In this document: one piece after another, positions 1 to 10,560 of the stretch
How the letters are laid out: every line of letters starts with the position of its first letter
Position numbering within the stretch: position 1 is the first letter of the stretch
Origin: an uncultured bacterium
GTDB taxonomy: Bacteria > Chloroflexota > UBA5177 > JANWHV01
Length of the DNA stretch: 64,000 nt
Assembly: GCA_963729625.1 (NCBI GenBank)
Contig: CAVSOU010000017.1
Coordinates: 256,001 to 320,000, forward strand
Reading direction: 5' to 3'
The notes under the pieces: generated by a model
Database searches by the model: none
Seen by the model: the letters and a program-made list of their open reading frames with translations, nothing else
What the model was told of the DNA's origin: nothing
Position numbers and translations under genes: made by a program

Positions 1-2556
1 CGCCTGATCACCTCCATCGACTACCTGAAGCGCGAGCGCCCCAGGCGCATGCTGCGTGAGGTTCTCGGCGTGGAGGTGACGTACCCGCGCAAGATCGATC
101 TGCTAATCGTCGACGAGGCGCACAACGTCGCTCCTTCAGGCAGAGGTAAGTACGCCACCGACTCTTTGCGCACTCAGGTCATCCGCACGCTGGCGCCACA
201 TTGCGAGCACAAGCTGTTTCTCACTGCCACGCCGCACAACGGCTATTCGGAGAGCTTTCAAGCCCTGCTGGAGCTGCTCGACGATCAGCGGTTCACACGC
301 GGCGCCGCGCCCGACCGCAACCAGTTGCGCGCCGTGATGATCCGTCGCCTCAAGTCGGAGCTGCCGCCTGACAAAGTGACGGGCCTCAGCCGCTTCCCCA
401 AGCGTGACGTCCTGCCGCTTCATGTGGCTTACACCGCCGACGAGCGACAAGCACATGAGTGGCTGCAGGAATACTCACGACTTCGCCTTTCCAGCCCCCA
501 GGACGGCGGTGAGCGGTTCGCCACCGAGTTTACGTTGAAGATGCTGAAGAAACGCTTGTTCTCTTCACGCGAGGCGTTCGCCATCACTCTGGAGCGTCAC
601 CGTGAGTCCTTGAATTCCGCGCGTCGCAGTACGGCGCACCTGGAGCGACCAAGCATCGGCCTCCTCCGCCGCCAGATCGAGGACGGCGAGGAAGAGTACG
701 AGAATGACGAGCGGTACGAGGAGGCAGCGCACGATACGCTGGAAGCGGCGACGCTGCTGTTCCGACCGTGCAGCGCACGGGAGCGGGACCTGCTCGATCG
801 ACTGAGCACCTGGGCGCAGCGCGCGCGCGGCAAGCCCGACAGCAAGGCCGACACGCTGATCGCCTGGCTCACCAGGACGCTTCGCAACGGCTCGGGCCAG
901 TGGAACGACGAGCGCGCCATCATCTTCACCGAATACCGCGACACGCAGCGATGGCTGCTGGAACTCCTTTCGGCCGCCGGATTCACGCGCCGAGAGCCCA
1001 CAGTCGCGTCGTCGCGCGACGTGGCTCGCTCCGCTGGGACCGGCGGTGGCCGCCTGCTGACCCTCTACGGCGGCATGGATTCACGCGAGCGGGAGGCAAT
1101 CAAGGCCGCCTTCCAGGCGCATCCGGCAGACGCGCCCGTGCGCATCCTTCTGGCTACGGACGCTGCCTCTGAGGGCATCGATCTGCAGAACCACTGCTCA
1201 CGGCTCATTCACTACGAGATTCCCTGGAATCCCAACCGCATGGAGCAGCGGAACGGCCGCATCGACAGGCACGGCCAGCGAGCGAGGCAGGTGCAGGTCT
1301 TCCATTTCGTGGGCGAGGGCTACGCGCGCCAAGCTCCGGCCTTTGGCGGTGGCGCCGGCACACTCGACGGCGATCTCGAGTTTCTCTGGCGAGCTACCCA
1401 GAAGGTCGAGCAGATTCGCGAGGACCTGGGCAGCGTGGGGCTGGTGATCGCTACGCAGGTGGAAGAGGCCATGCTGGGGCGGCCGGCCAGTCTGGACACC
1501 AGTCTGACCGAGCGCCGAACGGAGCCACAGAAGCAGCTGCTCAAACAGGAGATCGATGCCGGCCGGCGTATCGACGAGTTGCACCGGCGGCTGCTGCAGA
1601 GCATGGAAGATCTCGACCTCTCGCCGGAGAACGTGCAGAGGGTCGTGGAGGCAGGTCTGGAGCTTGCCGATCAACCGGCGCTTATTCCCACGCGCGTGTC
1701 GGCGCCGGATCAGCCAACCATCGCCGCGTTTCATTTGCCCGCATTCTCAGGCAGCTGGGCACGCTGCAGCGAGGGACTGCCGCATCCGCACACCGGCGTG
1801 CTGAGGCCGATCGTCTTTGACCACCACGTGGCTGCCGGGCGTGACGACGTGGTGCTCGCGCACCTGAACCATCCGCTGGTGGCGCGCTGCCTGCGCTTGC
1901 TGCGAGCCGAGGTGTGGTCGCCGGCAGGGCATGGCAAGCTGGCGCGCGTGACTGCCCGATACGTGCCGGCCACAGCGTCGCCGGATGTCGCGGCGATTGC
2001 GCACGCCCGGCTGGTGCTGCTGGGCAGTGACAACGCACGATTGCACGAGGAAGTGATCGCGGCCGGCGGCGTGCTGCGTGGCGGGCGGTTCGCTCGCTTC
2101 GGCAGCGTGGGCGAGCTGAAGAGCGTGCTGGCCGCGGCAAGCGGGCGCGCGGTGCCGGAATGGGAACGGCAACGACTGGCAGCGCTCTACCAATCGCATA
2201 GCGCGGCGCTGCTGCAGGCACTGGAGGCCCGCCAGAAGCAGCTGATCGACGGCATGAGGCTGACCCTGAGCCAGCGGCTGGAACGCGAGCTGCGTGACAT
2301 CGCCCAGGTGCTGGGCGAGCTGGAGGCGACCATCCGCCGCGCTCTGAAGGACGCGACGCCAGCACAGCTCGAGTTGTTCAGTCGCGACGAGCGCGTGCAA
2401 TTCGAGCGGAACCGGGAGGCCCTGGAGTACCGGCTAGCGCGCATCCCCGCCGAGATCCAGCGCGAGCAGGATCTGATCCGGGCGCGTTTCGCCGATCCTC
2501 AGCCACGGCTATTTCCGGTCAGCATCACCTACCTGGTACCGGAGCATCGCCGATGA
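1..2556 (+). CDS. drmD: DISARM DrmD-like SNF2 helicase (5' partial; frame open from position 1)
   Basis: LLIVDEAHN (motif II), FLTATPHNG (III), IIFTEYRDT (IV), LATDAASEGIDLQ (V), WNPNRMEQRNGRIDRHGQ (VI); long coiled C-terminus; overlaps the downstream MTase start (ATGA). Confidence 0.85.
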   Translation, partial: RLITSIDYLKRERPRRMLREVLGVEVTYPRKIDLLIVDEAHNVAPSGRGKYATDSLRTQVIRTLAPHCEHKLFLTATPHNGYSESFQALLELLDDQRFTRGAAPDRNQLRAVMIRRLKSELPPDKVTGLSRFPKRDVLPLHVAYTADERQAHEWLQEYSRLRLSSPQDGGERFATEFTLKMLKKRLFSSREAFAITLERHRESLNSARRSTAHLERPSIGLLRRQIEDGEEEYENDERYEEAAHDTLEAATLLFRPCSARERDLLDRLSTWAQRARGKPDSKADTLIAWLTRTLRNGSGQWNDERAIIFTEYRDTQRWLLELLSAAGFTRREPTVASSRDVARSAGTGGGRLLTLYGGMDSREREAIKAAFQAHPADAPVRILLATDAASEGIDLQNHCSRLIHYEIPWNPNRMEQRNGRIDRHGQRARQVQVFHFVGEGYARQAPAFGGGAGTLDGDLEFLWRATQKVEQIREDLGSVGLVIATQVEEAMLGRPASLDTSLTERRTEPQKQLLKQEIDAGRRIDELHRRLLQSMEDLDLSPENVQRVVEAGLELADQPALIPTRVSAPDQPTIAAFHLPAFSGSWARCSEGLPHPHTGVLRPIVFDHHVAAGRDDVVLAHLNHPLVARCLRLLRAEVWSPAGHGKLARVTARYVPATASPDVAAIAHARLVLLGSDNARLHEEVIAAGGVLRGGRFARFGSVGELKSVLAAASGRAVPEWERQRLAALYQSHSAALLQALEARQKQLIDGMRLTLSQRLERELRDIAQVLGELEATIRRALKDATPAQLELFSRDERVQFERNREALEYRLARIPAEIQREQDLIRARFADPQPRLFPVSITYLVPEHRR

Positions 2557-5500
2557 GCGGTACGCGGCAGCATGCCGAATGGCTGCAATTGATCGAGATA
2601 TCCGGACCGTTCCTGTCCATGCCGGTGCTGGAGCGGGTTTTTCCGCAGGGTCTGCCCGTACCGGCTGACGAGCCGGACATTGCGCGCAGCCTGCGACTGG
2701 CCTATGCGGAATGGCAGGCCGCGCAGGAGGGCCGGCAGCCAGACCCGGCGATACACCAGGCGTGGCTCCGCTACGTGCTGCGAAACGGATTAGGGCTTGC
2801 CGCGGTGCCTGAGCTGGTGCTGGAAGGGCAGACCGTGCCGCCCGGGCTGCACGCTCTGGTGCCCGAGCAACATGAGACCCTGCGGCCCGACCTGGTGCTG
2901 GTCGATCCGCCCACGCGCGGCGGCAAGCCGCGGCTGCTCGTCGCCGTCCTGCCGCCGGATCAGGCACTCGAAAAGCCGATCCCCGGCCGAGCCTGGAAGG
3001 CCACACCTGCCGAGCGCATGATGGTGTTGCTGCATGGCTGCGGCGTGCGATTGGGTCTGGTGACAAACGGCGAGGCCTGGATGCTGGTGGATGCGCCTGC
3101 CGGCGAGACCACCGGCTACATCACCTGGGCTGCCCAGCTCTGGCTGGACGAGCGGTCCACGCTGCGGGCCTTTCGGGCCCTGCTCGGACGCGAGCGATTC
3201 TTCCAGGCTGCGGATAGCGATACGCTGGAGGCGCTGCTGCACGAAAGTGCCGGCGCGCAGCAAGAGGTCACCACCCAGCTGGGCTGGCAGGTGCGCCGGG
3301 CCGTCGCGGTCCTGGTGCAGGCGCTGGACCGCGCCGACAAAGACGGGCAGCGGGCCCTGCTGGCCGATGTCGACGAGGCTGAACTCTACCAGGCCGCGGT
3401 GACGGTGATGATGCGGCTGGTCCTCCTCCTCTCGGCGGAGGAGCGCGACCTGCTCTTGCTGGGTGATCCACTCTACGACGAGGCCTATGCCGCTTCAACC
3501 CTGCGAGCACAGCTGCGGGAAGCGGCGGACCGCGATGGCGAGGACGTGTTGGATCTGCGCTATGACGCCTGGAGCCGGCTGCTGGCCACCTTCCGCGCCA
3601 TCCACTGCGGCATCACCTATCCGGACCTGCGCCTGAGCGCGCACGGCGGATCGCTGTTCGACCCCGATCGCTTCCCCTTCCTGGAGGGGCGTGAGCGGGA
3701 CAGCTCGTGGCGCGAGACGCCCGCGAAGCCCGTGCCGGTCAGCAACCGTACGGTCCTGCACCTGCTGGAAGCGCTGCAGCAATTGGAAATGAAGGTGAGC
3801 GGCGGCAGGGAGACGCGCTTGCTTTCCTTCCGGGCCCTGGACGTCGAGCAGATCGGCCACGTCTACGAGGGCCTGCTCGATCACAGGGCTCGACGCGCCG
3901 AAGAACCGATGCTCGGCCTGATCGGCGCCGGCGAGCCGGATGTGGCGCTGAGCAAGCTGGAGGAGCTGGCCGGCAAGGGTATCGACGCACTCGTCGCCTA
4001 CCTGAAGGAGGTAACGGCCAAGTCCGAGAATGCCCTGCGTAAACTGATCGACGCGCAGGCTACAGGAACGTCATCCCCGGCGACGAGCCAGCGCCTGCTC
4101 GCGGCGTGCGATAGCGATGCCGGCTTGCGAGACCGGGTCGCTCCATTCGCCGGCCTGCTGCGCGAGGATACGAACGGCTACCCGATGGCGATCGCGGCGG
4201 GCAGCTTCTACGTGACAAAAGGCGTCGACCGCCGGACCAGCGGCGCCCATTACACGCCGCGCAGCCTGACCGAGCCAATCGTGCAGTACACGTTGGAGCC
4301 CCTTGTCTACGATGGGCCGGTCGAAGGCAAGCCGAGAGAAAAGTGGGTGCTGAAGCCTGCCGGCGACTTGCTGGGCCTCAAGATCTGCGACATGGCCATG
4401 GGCAGCGGCGCCTTCCTGGTGCAGGCCTGCCGGTACCTGGCTGACCGCTTTTGGAAGCGTGGCAGCAGCGCGAGGCGGAGAATCCCGGCCGTGTGGTGAT
4501 CACGCCGGAGGGCGAGCTTTCCGAAGGGGATTCGTCCGAGCGGCTGATGCCGCGCGAAGCGAGCGAGCGGCTAACCATCGCGCGACGGCTGGTAGCCGAC
4601 CGCTGCCTCTACGGCGTGGACAAGAACCCGATGGCTGTAGAAATGGCCAAGCTCTCGCTGTGGCTGATCACCATGCAGAAGGACCGGCCTTTCACCTTCC
4701 TGGACCACGCACTGCGCTGGGGCGACTCGTTGCTCGGCGTGGACGTGCGGCAGCTCAAGGCCTGGAACATGCGGCGCGACGGGACGGGCACGCCGACCTT
4801 CTGGCACCGTTCGGTGGAGGTGGCACTGGAGCGGGCGCTGAAGAAGCGCCGCCAGATCGCCCAGCTCGAAGACCTGGACGCCGCCGTACTAGATAGGAAG
4901 ACGTCGCTACTGAAGGAAGCGGAAGAGGCCATGGCCCTGGTCAAGCTGGGCGCCGACCTCCTGCTGGCCAGCGCAGTGGCGGGCGAAGCCGACGACGAGG
5001 CGACGATGACTACTCGCTTGACGCGCTATGCCATGGCCCTGGTGGGTGCCGAAGAGCATGAAGCGCAGCCGTACACAAAGCAGGGGCTGAAGGGCCCGCG
5101 CGAGATCGCCGGCGAGCTGCAAGACGAGGCCGGCCGCCTGCTGAACCTGTTCGAACATCCCGATCGCCGGCCCTTCCACTGGCCGCTGGAGTTCCCCGAG
5201 GTGTTCCTGGACCTGGCGGCACCGGAGGAGCCGCTGGGTTTCGACGCGGTGATCGGCAATCCGCCGTTCCAGGGTGGGCAGAAGATCACCGGGGCCCTCG
5301 GCACGGACTACCGCGACTACCTCGTCGAGTGTCTGGCTGGCGGAAAGCGCGGCAGCGCCGACCTCTGTGCGTATTTCTTCCTGCGCGGCTATTCGCTGCT
5401 CGGTCCGAGAGCGGATCTCAGCCTGCTGGCCACGAACACCATTGCCCAGGGCGACACGCGCGAGGTCGGGCTGGACCAACTTCTGGCAGTCGGCGCCGTC

Positions 5501-6730
5501 ATTCCGCGCGCCGTGCCCAGCCGGAAGTGGCCGGGCGAGGCCAACCTGGAGATCGCGGAGGTCTGGCTGCGGCGCGGCTGCTGGCTAGGCGGGCACGCCC
5601 TGGACGAGCGGCCTGTCTCCGGCATTACTGCGGCGCTCACACCGCTGGGAACCGTGTCAGGACAGCCCTACCGGCTGGCCGCCAACGCCGGGAAGTCGTT
5701 CATTGGCTCTTACGTGCTGGGGATGGGCTTCGTTCTGGAGCCGGAGGAAGTGGCGGCGCTGCTTAAAAAGGACCCGCGAAACCGCGATGTGCTGTTCCCA
5801 TATCTCAATGGTGAGGATCTCAACTCCCGGCCGGACCAATCGCCTAGCCGCTGGGTGATCAACTTCCACGACTGGCCCCTCGAGCGTGCTGAGGCCTATC
5901 CCGACTGTGTCGCCATCTTGCGTGAACGCGCCAAACCGGAGCGGGACAGGCTGGCGACAGGGGACTCGACTGCCCGTGACCGGGCGCGAAGATGGTGGCA
6001 ATTCGCACGACCAAGTTTGAATCTGTACGGCACCATCGCCGGGATGGCGCGGGTGATGGTGGCTGCCCGTGTTAGCAAGTTCCTCTCATTCTCTCTATTG
6101 CAAGCGCACGTTGTGAGCAGCGAAGGAACTGTCATTATTGCAAGCCCAGACTGGTCTGTGTTTGCCTCGCTCCAGTCCACGATTGATCAAGATTGGGTGG
6201 CTGCCCACCAGTCCAGCCTTGAGACGCGAGGACGCTACACGCCCTCAGATTGCTTCGAGACATTGCCGTTGCCCCCCGACTGCGCTCCGCTCGATCAGTT
6301 CGGCGAGCGCTACTATGTCTATCGTCAGTCGCTCATGTTGGCGCGCCAGGAAGGTCTGACCACGACCTACAACCGATTCCATGATTCCCATGAGCGCGCC
6401 GAGGACATCGGCGAGCTGCGACGCCTGCATGTGGAGATGGACCAGGCCGTCGCCGGTGCATACGGCTGGAGCGATCTCGACCTCGGCCATGGCTTCCACC
6501 AGACCAAGCAGGATCTGCGCTACACAATCAGCGAGGCGGCACGCCGCGAAGTGCTGGACCGGTTGCTGGCGCTCAACCACGTGCGGTACGCGGAGGAGGT
6601 GCGGCAGGGGCTGCACGACAAAGGGGCGAAGAAAGCGAGTCAACGGTCTTCGGCGAGAACGCGGAGGATAACCACACCGGGCATGCTCGCGCTCACAAGT
6701 ACCGAGGATAAGCAGCATGAGATTGGTTGA
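2553..6730 (+). pseudogene. drmMI: DrmMI-like / type IIG-like N6-adenine DNA methyltransferase split by a 1-nt frameshift near 4448-4452 (ORFs 2553-4499 and 4451-6730)
   Basis: LDVEQIGHVYEGLL, GAHYTPR and SAM motif ICDMAMGSGAFLV in ORF1; LYGVDKNPMAVEMAKLSLWL, FHWPLEFPEVF and catalytic IGNPPF in ORF2. Adding one base at gaccgcttttgg joins them into ~1392 aa. May be a sequencing error. Confidence 0.85.
6527..6637 (+). repeat. 111-bp direct repeat, copy 1 (MTase C-terminal ISEAARREVLDRLLALNH...GAKKA)
   Basis: 9 mismatches in 111 nt versus 9359-9469 by manual alignment. Confidence 0.95.
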
Positions 6731-6768
6731 AGGTGCCAGGTTCGTAGAGCCTACCGGCAGGCTTCGAA

Positions 6769-8301
6769 ATGTATAGAGACTTGATAGCGCGCGGATACTT
6801 TCCTCGAGAACTACCGCCGCCGTTCCGTACAGACACCCTTGCGGATGCGATCTGCGCAAACGACCAATGGGTCACCAACTGTCGGAAGCACGCTGAACTG
6901 TGCACACACAGTCAGGCGCGGCATGGAGCACTACGGCGAAAGCTTGGGATACCCAACCCCCTCTTCTTCTGCAGACTCTGCAAGTGTGTGGCTGATTCCT
7001 GGGCGGACCTGGAAGCTCACATTAAACTCTCGCCGTACTCCTCGAGCCAGCCTTCGCATACGCCAGCCGGGGCCAGAGCTGTGTCGCTTAACGTCGATTT
7101 CGAGTTGTTGCCTCCCAGGCGGGCCCGTAACCGAGCTGTTGGTAGGTACCTTGTCCTGGCTGACGTCTCGCTATTCTATCACTCGATCTACACGCATACC
7201 ATCCCGTGGGCACTCCACACGAAAGAACGCGCCAAGACTAATCGATGGGATACCAATCTTGTCGGGAATTGCATCGACAAGGCTGTGCAGAACAGCCAGG
7301 ACAGGCAAACGCTAGGCATTCCAATTGGTCCCGACACGTCGCTTGTCATCGCCGAGGTCATTCTGAGTGCCGTGGACCAGAAGCTAGCGGGTCTGCTGCG
7401 TGCTCAATGCCCTTCGTGCCGCGTCTTGAGATACAGCGACGACTTCGAGATGAGCACGAGAACCCTGTCCGATGCCGAAGTCGCGCTTCAGTGTCTCCAG
7501 CAGACTCTGGGAGACTTCGAGCTACGAGTCAACCCGGCAAAGACCAGGATTGTGCAGAGCCCGCATCCCTTCGACGCACCGTGGGTGCTGGACCTTACTA
7601 ACTATCACTTCCGCAAGGCTCAGACCATTCAGGCCAAGGATCTGGTCAGGTATTTCGATAAGGCATTCCAGCTGTCGGCTGCATTTCCCAATGACGCGGT
7701 GCTGACATATGCGGTCCGGCGAATGAGAGGTACCAGAGTCCTGGAAGCGAATTGGCCGCTCTATCAGAATCTTCTGCTACACGCGGTGTCGCTGGACGGT
7801 GGCTTGCTTCAGGATGTCCTATACATCCTGCGTCCTGGTCTCTCAGGGCGTGAGCCTGACCTTAACTCTCTTGGAGAACTCGTTAACTTCCAGATTCAGC
7901 GTCATGCCCCCCTCGGCCAGCACAGTGAAGTCGCATGGGCGATATGGGCCGCGCTTGTGTTCAAAGTCCCTCTCGAAGAAAAATCGGCTGTTGACATCTC
8001 GACTGTTGAGGATTCAGTAGTCGCACTCCTAGCCCTCGACGCCAAGAGCCAGGGACTTGTTCCGACAGGCCTGGACACCTCCCGTTGGGAGGCGTACCAA
8101 ACGACTGATGAGTTGTACGGCGAGCAGTGGCTCCTTTCCTATCAGGCCGACGCGTTGGGCTTGGGATCGGATAATCACGTTCAACAAGATCCTCAGTTCA
8201 AATATCTCAGGGACAATAGAGTCAACGTTTACGACAAGGCAGTGCCGCTAACAATCCCAAGCCCCAGCGCGCCAAGATTGTCTGGAGTCACCTTTGTTTG
8301 A
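6769..8301 (+). CDS. Abi-type / DRT class 1-like defence reverse transcriptase with helical C-terminal domain
   Basis: GYFPRELPPPF N-terminus, ADVSLFYHSIYTHTIPWALH, GIPIGPDTSLVIAEVIL, catalytic RYSDD, LRVNPAKT; ~230-aa helical C-terminal extension (EVAWAIW, QWLLSY); no maturase or endonuclease domain. Confidence 0.9.
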   Translation: MYRDLIARGYFPRELPPPFRTDTLADAICANDQWVTNCRKHAELCTHSQARHGALRRKLGIPNPLFFCRLCKCVADSWADLEAHIKLSPYSSSQPSHTPAGARAVSLNVDFELLPPRRARNRAVGRYLVLADVSLFYHSIYTHTIPWALHTKERAKTNRWDTNLVGNCIDKAVQNSQDRQTLGIPIGPDTSLVIAEVILSAVDQKLAGLLRAQCPSCRVLRYSDDFEMSTRTLSDAEVALQCLQQTLGDFELRVNPAKTRIVQSPHPFDAPWVLDLTNYHFRKAQTIQAKDLVRYFDKAFQLSAAFPNDAVLTYAVRRMRGTRVLEANWPLYQNLLLHAVSLDGGLLQDVLYILRPGLSGREPDLNSLGELVNFQIQRHAPLGQHSEVAWAIWAALVFKVPLEEKSAVDISTVEDSVVALLALDAKSQGLVPTGLDTSRWEAYQTTDELYGEQWLLSYQADALGLGSDNHVQQDPQFKYLRDNRVNVYDKAVPLTIPSPSAPRLSGVTFV

Positions 8302-8419
8302 TCGGCCCTCGAACCGGGTCAGTATTGACATGCACGCGGACCGAGATAGGCGGGAAAGCAGCGACTAGCCGCCGCGTTGGTGAAGGCAATCGGCACGCGC
8401 GGTACGACAAGGAGTTCTA

Positions 8420-9305
8420 ATGAACAATCCTATCAACTCTCCGGAGAACATCCTCAATGTAACACTGTCTGGGCTGGAAAGCGGTCTGCACATTCGGCAT
8501 ATTGCTAGCTTTTCGCTCAGTCATTGTGGCCCCGAGCAGCAAGTTGCTCACGTGCTGCAGCAGCCAGAACTGTTGCCTTTCGACCATATACCCGTAATGG
8601 AAGCTCACCGCTGTCTCGGTGTCCTGACTCGCTCTTGTGATGGTACTCCCGAGCCGGTGCGGGAGCACATGACCAAACTCCATGAAGGCATGCTTGTGGC
8701 CGCCGACATGCCAATCCTGCCATTCCTCTCGTGTCTGGCAGACGAGAGCTATCGACTAGTCGTCGATGGCATACAGATTCAAGGGATAGTCACCCGCAGC
8801 GAATCTCCTGAAGTTGCCAGTACGGGTGTGCGTATTTGCATTGATTACACACCTTGAGATGGTCATGGCTGAAGTGATCACCGATTGGTTCGGAGACAGA
8901 GATAGATGGCTCGTGTGCCTCGGCGAGGGACGGCGTGCCAAGGTAATGGACAAAATGCTGAAGCTCAAGGAGCAGGGACTCGATTCTACGGCAACCATCG
9001 AGTGCACTGACATCTGTGACAAACGAGACCTCATCGCCAAGGTGCTGAAGGGCGACAAGGTGCTGGCTGGCACGGCGCCGGAATTCACCAAGAATCTGAA
9101 GGACATTGAATTGCTGCGCAATTCTTTGGCGCACGCCGGCGGATATGCCAGAGATGAGGCGGAGCTTCGGAGCTTTATTGACACTGTCGCGTCGGCACGG
9201 AGGTGGATTCAGGTGTTGTCCGATCTGCGGTCAGCGGTGCACATTGACGTGAACGTTTTTGAAGGCGCGCCCATCTTCGGCTCGATCGAGGGTGATATCG
9301 CATGA
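8420..9305 (+). pseudogene. CBS-pair + HEPN protein split by a +1 frameshift at 8802-8803 (ORFs 8420-8857 and 8814-9305)
   Basis: CBS-like FDHIPV..LGVLT and LVVDG..IQGIVTRS; removing one A gives GIVTRSDLLKLPVRVCVFALITHLE (~294 aa); C-terminal RNSLAH (Rx4H); AAGGAG RBS upstream. Confidence 0.7.
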
Positions 9306-9520
9306 AGGCCACGGAAGCCAAGCTGCTCGACTTCTTGCGCAAAGCGCCGCAGTTTGCGATCAGCGAGGCGGCACGGCGCGAGGTGCTGGACCGGCTGCTG
9401 GCGCTCAACCACGAGCGGAACGCGGAGGAGGTGCAGCAGGGGTTGCACGACAAGGGGGCGAAGAAGGCGGGCAAGGGCAAGCAGACGCCAAGAAGTGAAG
9501 GGCGGGTTGCCCTTTTCTGA
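9302..9520 (+). pseudogene. Chimeric remnant: GmrSD/DUF262-like N-terminal 18 aa fused to a duplicated MTase C-terminal tail
   Basis: MKATEAKLLDFLRKAPQF resembles DUF262 protein starts, normally continuing VIPIYQR; it switches to ISEAARREVLDRLLALNH. Confidence 0.7.
9359..9469 (+). repeat. 111-bp direct repeat, copy 2
   Basis: Matches 6527-6637 at 102/111 nt. Confidence 0.95.
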
Positions 9521-9535
9521 GAGCGAGGTTCGACA

Positions 9536-10441
9536 ATGCCAAGGGTTCTGCCACGCGAGGTCAGGATCCATGTAGACAAGGCACGCGAATCGGCTTTGCT
9601 CGCCGTCGAGGTGTATAACAAGCCCCTGACCACGTTTCCTTCAGGCGGATATATCACCCTCATGTGTATCGCCTGGACCGCGCTCTTCCACTCGATCTGC
9701 TTCAGAAACAAGACCAACCCATTCTACCGAAATCGCGATCATCCCCGACTGTACGAACGGGTCGACGGCGACTACAAAGCCTGGGACTTAGCCAAGAGCG
9801 TCAAGGAATTCTACGGCGGCGGCGACTCATCCATCCGCAAGAATCTTGAGTTTATCGTGGGCCTGCGCAACAAAATCGAGCACCGTTCGATGCCGGAGCT
9901 TGACCTGCACGTTTTCGGAGAGTGCCAAGCGCTGCTGTTCAACTTGGAGGATCTCCTGGTCCGGCACTTCGGGCGGAAGTACGCCTTCAACGAGAGTCTT
10001 TCTCTGGCCCTGCAGTTTTCGCAGATGCGGGACCCCGAACAGGCTGCCGCAGTGCAAAGCCTTCATCGACCGCTGGCCAAGAACATCGACCGCTACCTGC
10101 GCGCGTTTCGTTCGTCGCTCACCACCGAGCAGCTAAACGACCTCAAGTACAGTTACAAGGTCTTCCTTATTCCTGGCACGTCCAACAACAGATCGGCTGA
10201 CGACCTAACGGTGCAATTCGTCCGCGTCGAAGATATGACCGAAGAGACCGGTGCCGCGCTCGAGAGTGCTATTGCCATAATCAAGCCTATGACGCAGCAG
10301 GTCGCCAACGCTGGCAGGCTGACGGCCAAGCAGGTGTGTAGCCGCATACAGCCTATTGTCCAGCAAGTGTGTCGGACCGAAACGCCTGGGTCCCCTGCCG
10401 CATGCAGCATCACGGCCAGCACTGCACGGCGGCGGGCATAG
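9536..10441 (+). CDS. DUF3644-family (HEPN-like) protein, C-terminus possibly truncated
   Basis: KARESALLAVEVYNKP, IAWTALFH, AWDL, LRNKIEH (Rx4H); the last ~25 aa look non-homologous. Confidence 0.75.
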   Translation: MPRVLPREVRIHVDKARESALLAVEVYNKPLTTFPSGGYITLMCIAWTALFHSICFRNKTNPFYRNRDHPRLYERVDGDYKAWDLAKSVKEFYGGGDSSIRKNLEFIVGLRNKIEHRSMPELDLHVFGECQALLFNLEDLLVRHFGRKYAFNESLSLALQFSQMRDPEQAAAVQSLHRPLAKNIDRYLRAFRSSLTTEQLNDLKYSYKVFLIPGTSNNRSADDLTVQFVRVEDMTEETGAALESAIAIIKPMTQQVANAGRLTAKQVCSRIQPIVQQVCRTETPGSPAACSITASTARRRA

Positions 10442-10560
10442 GTGTGGCCAACGTTCGCACGACAAGCAGTTGTGCGCCCTGGCTGCCCTTACGCAGTTGC
10501 GACCTGAGGGGGCGACCGCCGGGGGCGCCCACTCAGCCAGAAATGCGGATCGCCGACCGC

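Noticed and set aside
4446-4453. Phase-variable or programmed frameshift in the MTase
   Set aside because: The T4 tract is too short and there is no slippery heptamer.
6730-6769. Retron msr-msd or group II intron
   Set aside because: Only 38 nt lie upstream of the RT; no VTG retron motif, maturase domain or intron domain V was seen.
6527-9469. Diversity-generating retroelement (RT plus repeat pair)
   Set aside because: Mismatches are not adenine-specific to one copy (3 with A in copy 1, 3 with A in copy 2, 3 with neither), most are synonymous, the RT is Abi-like, and no Avd gene is seen.
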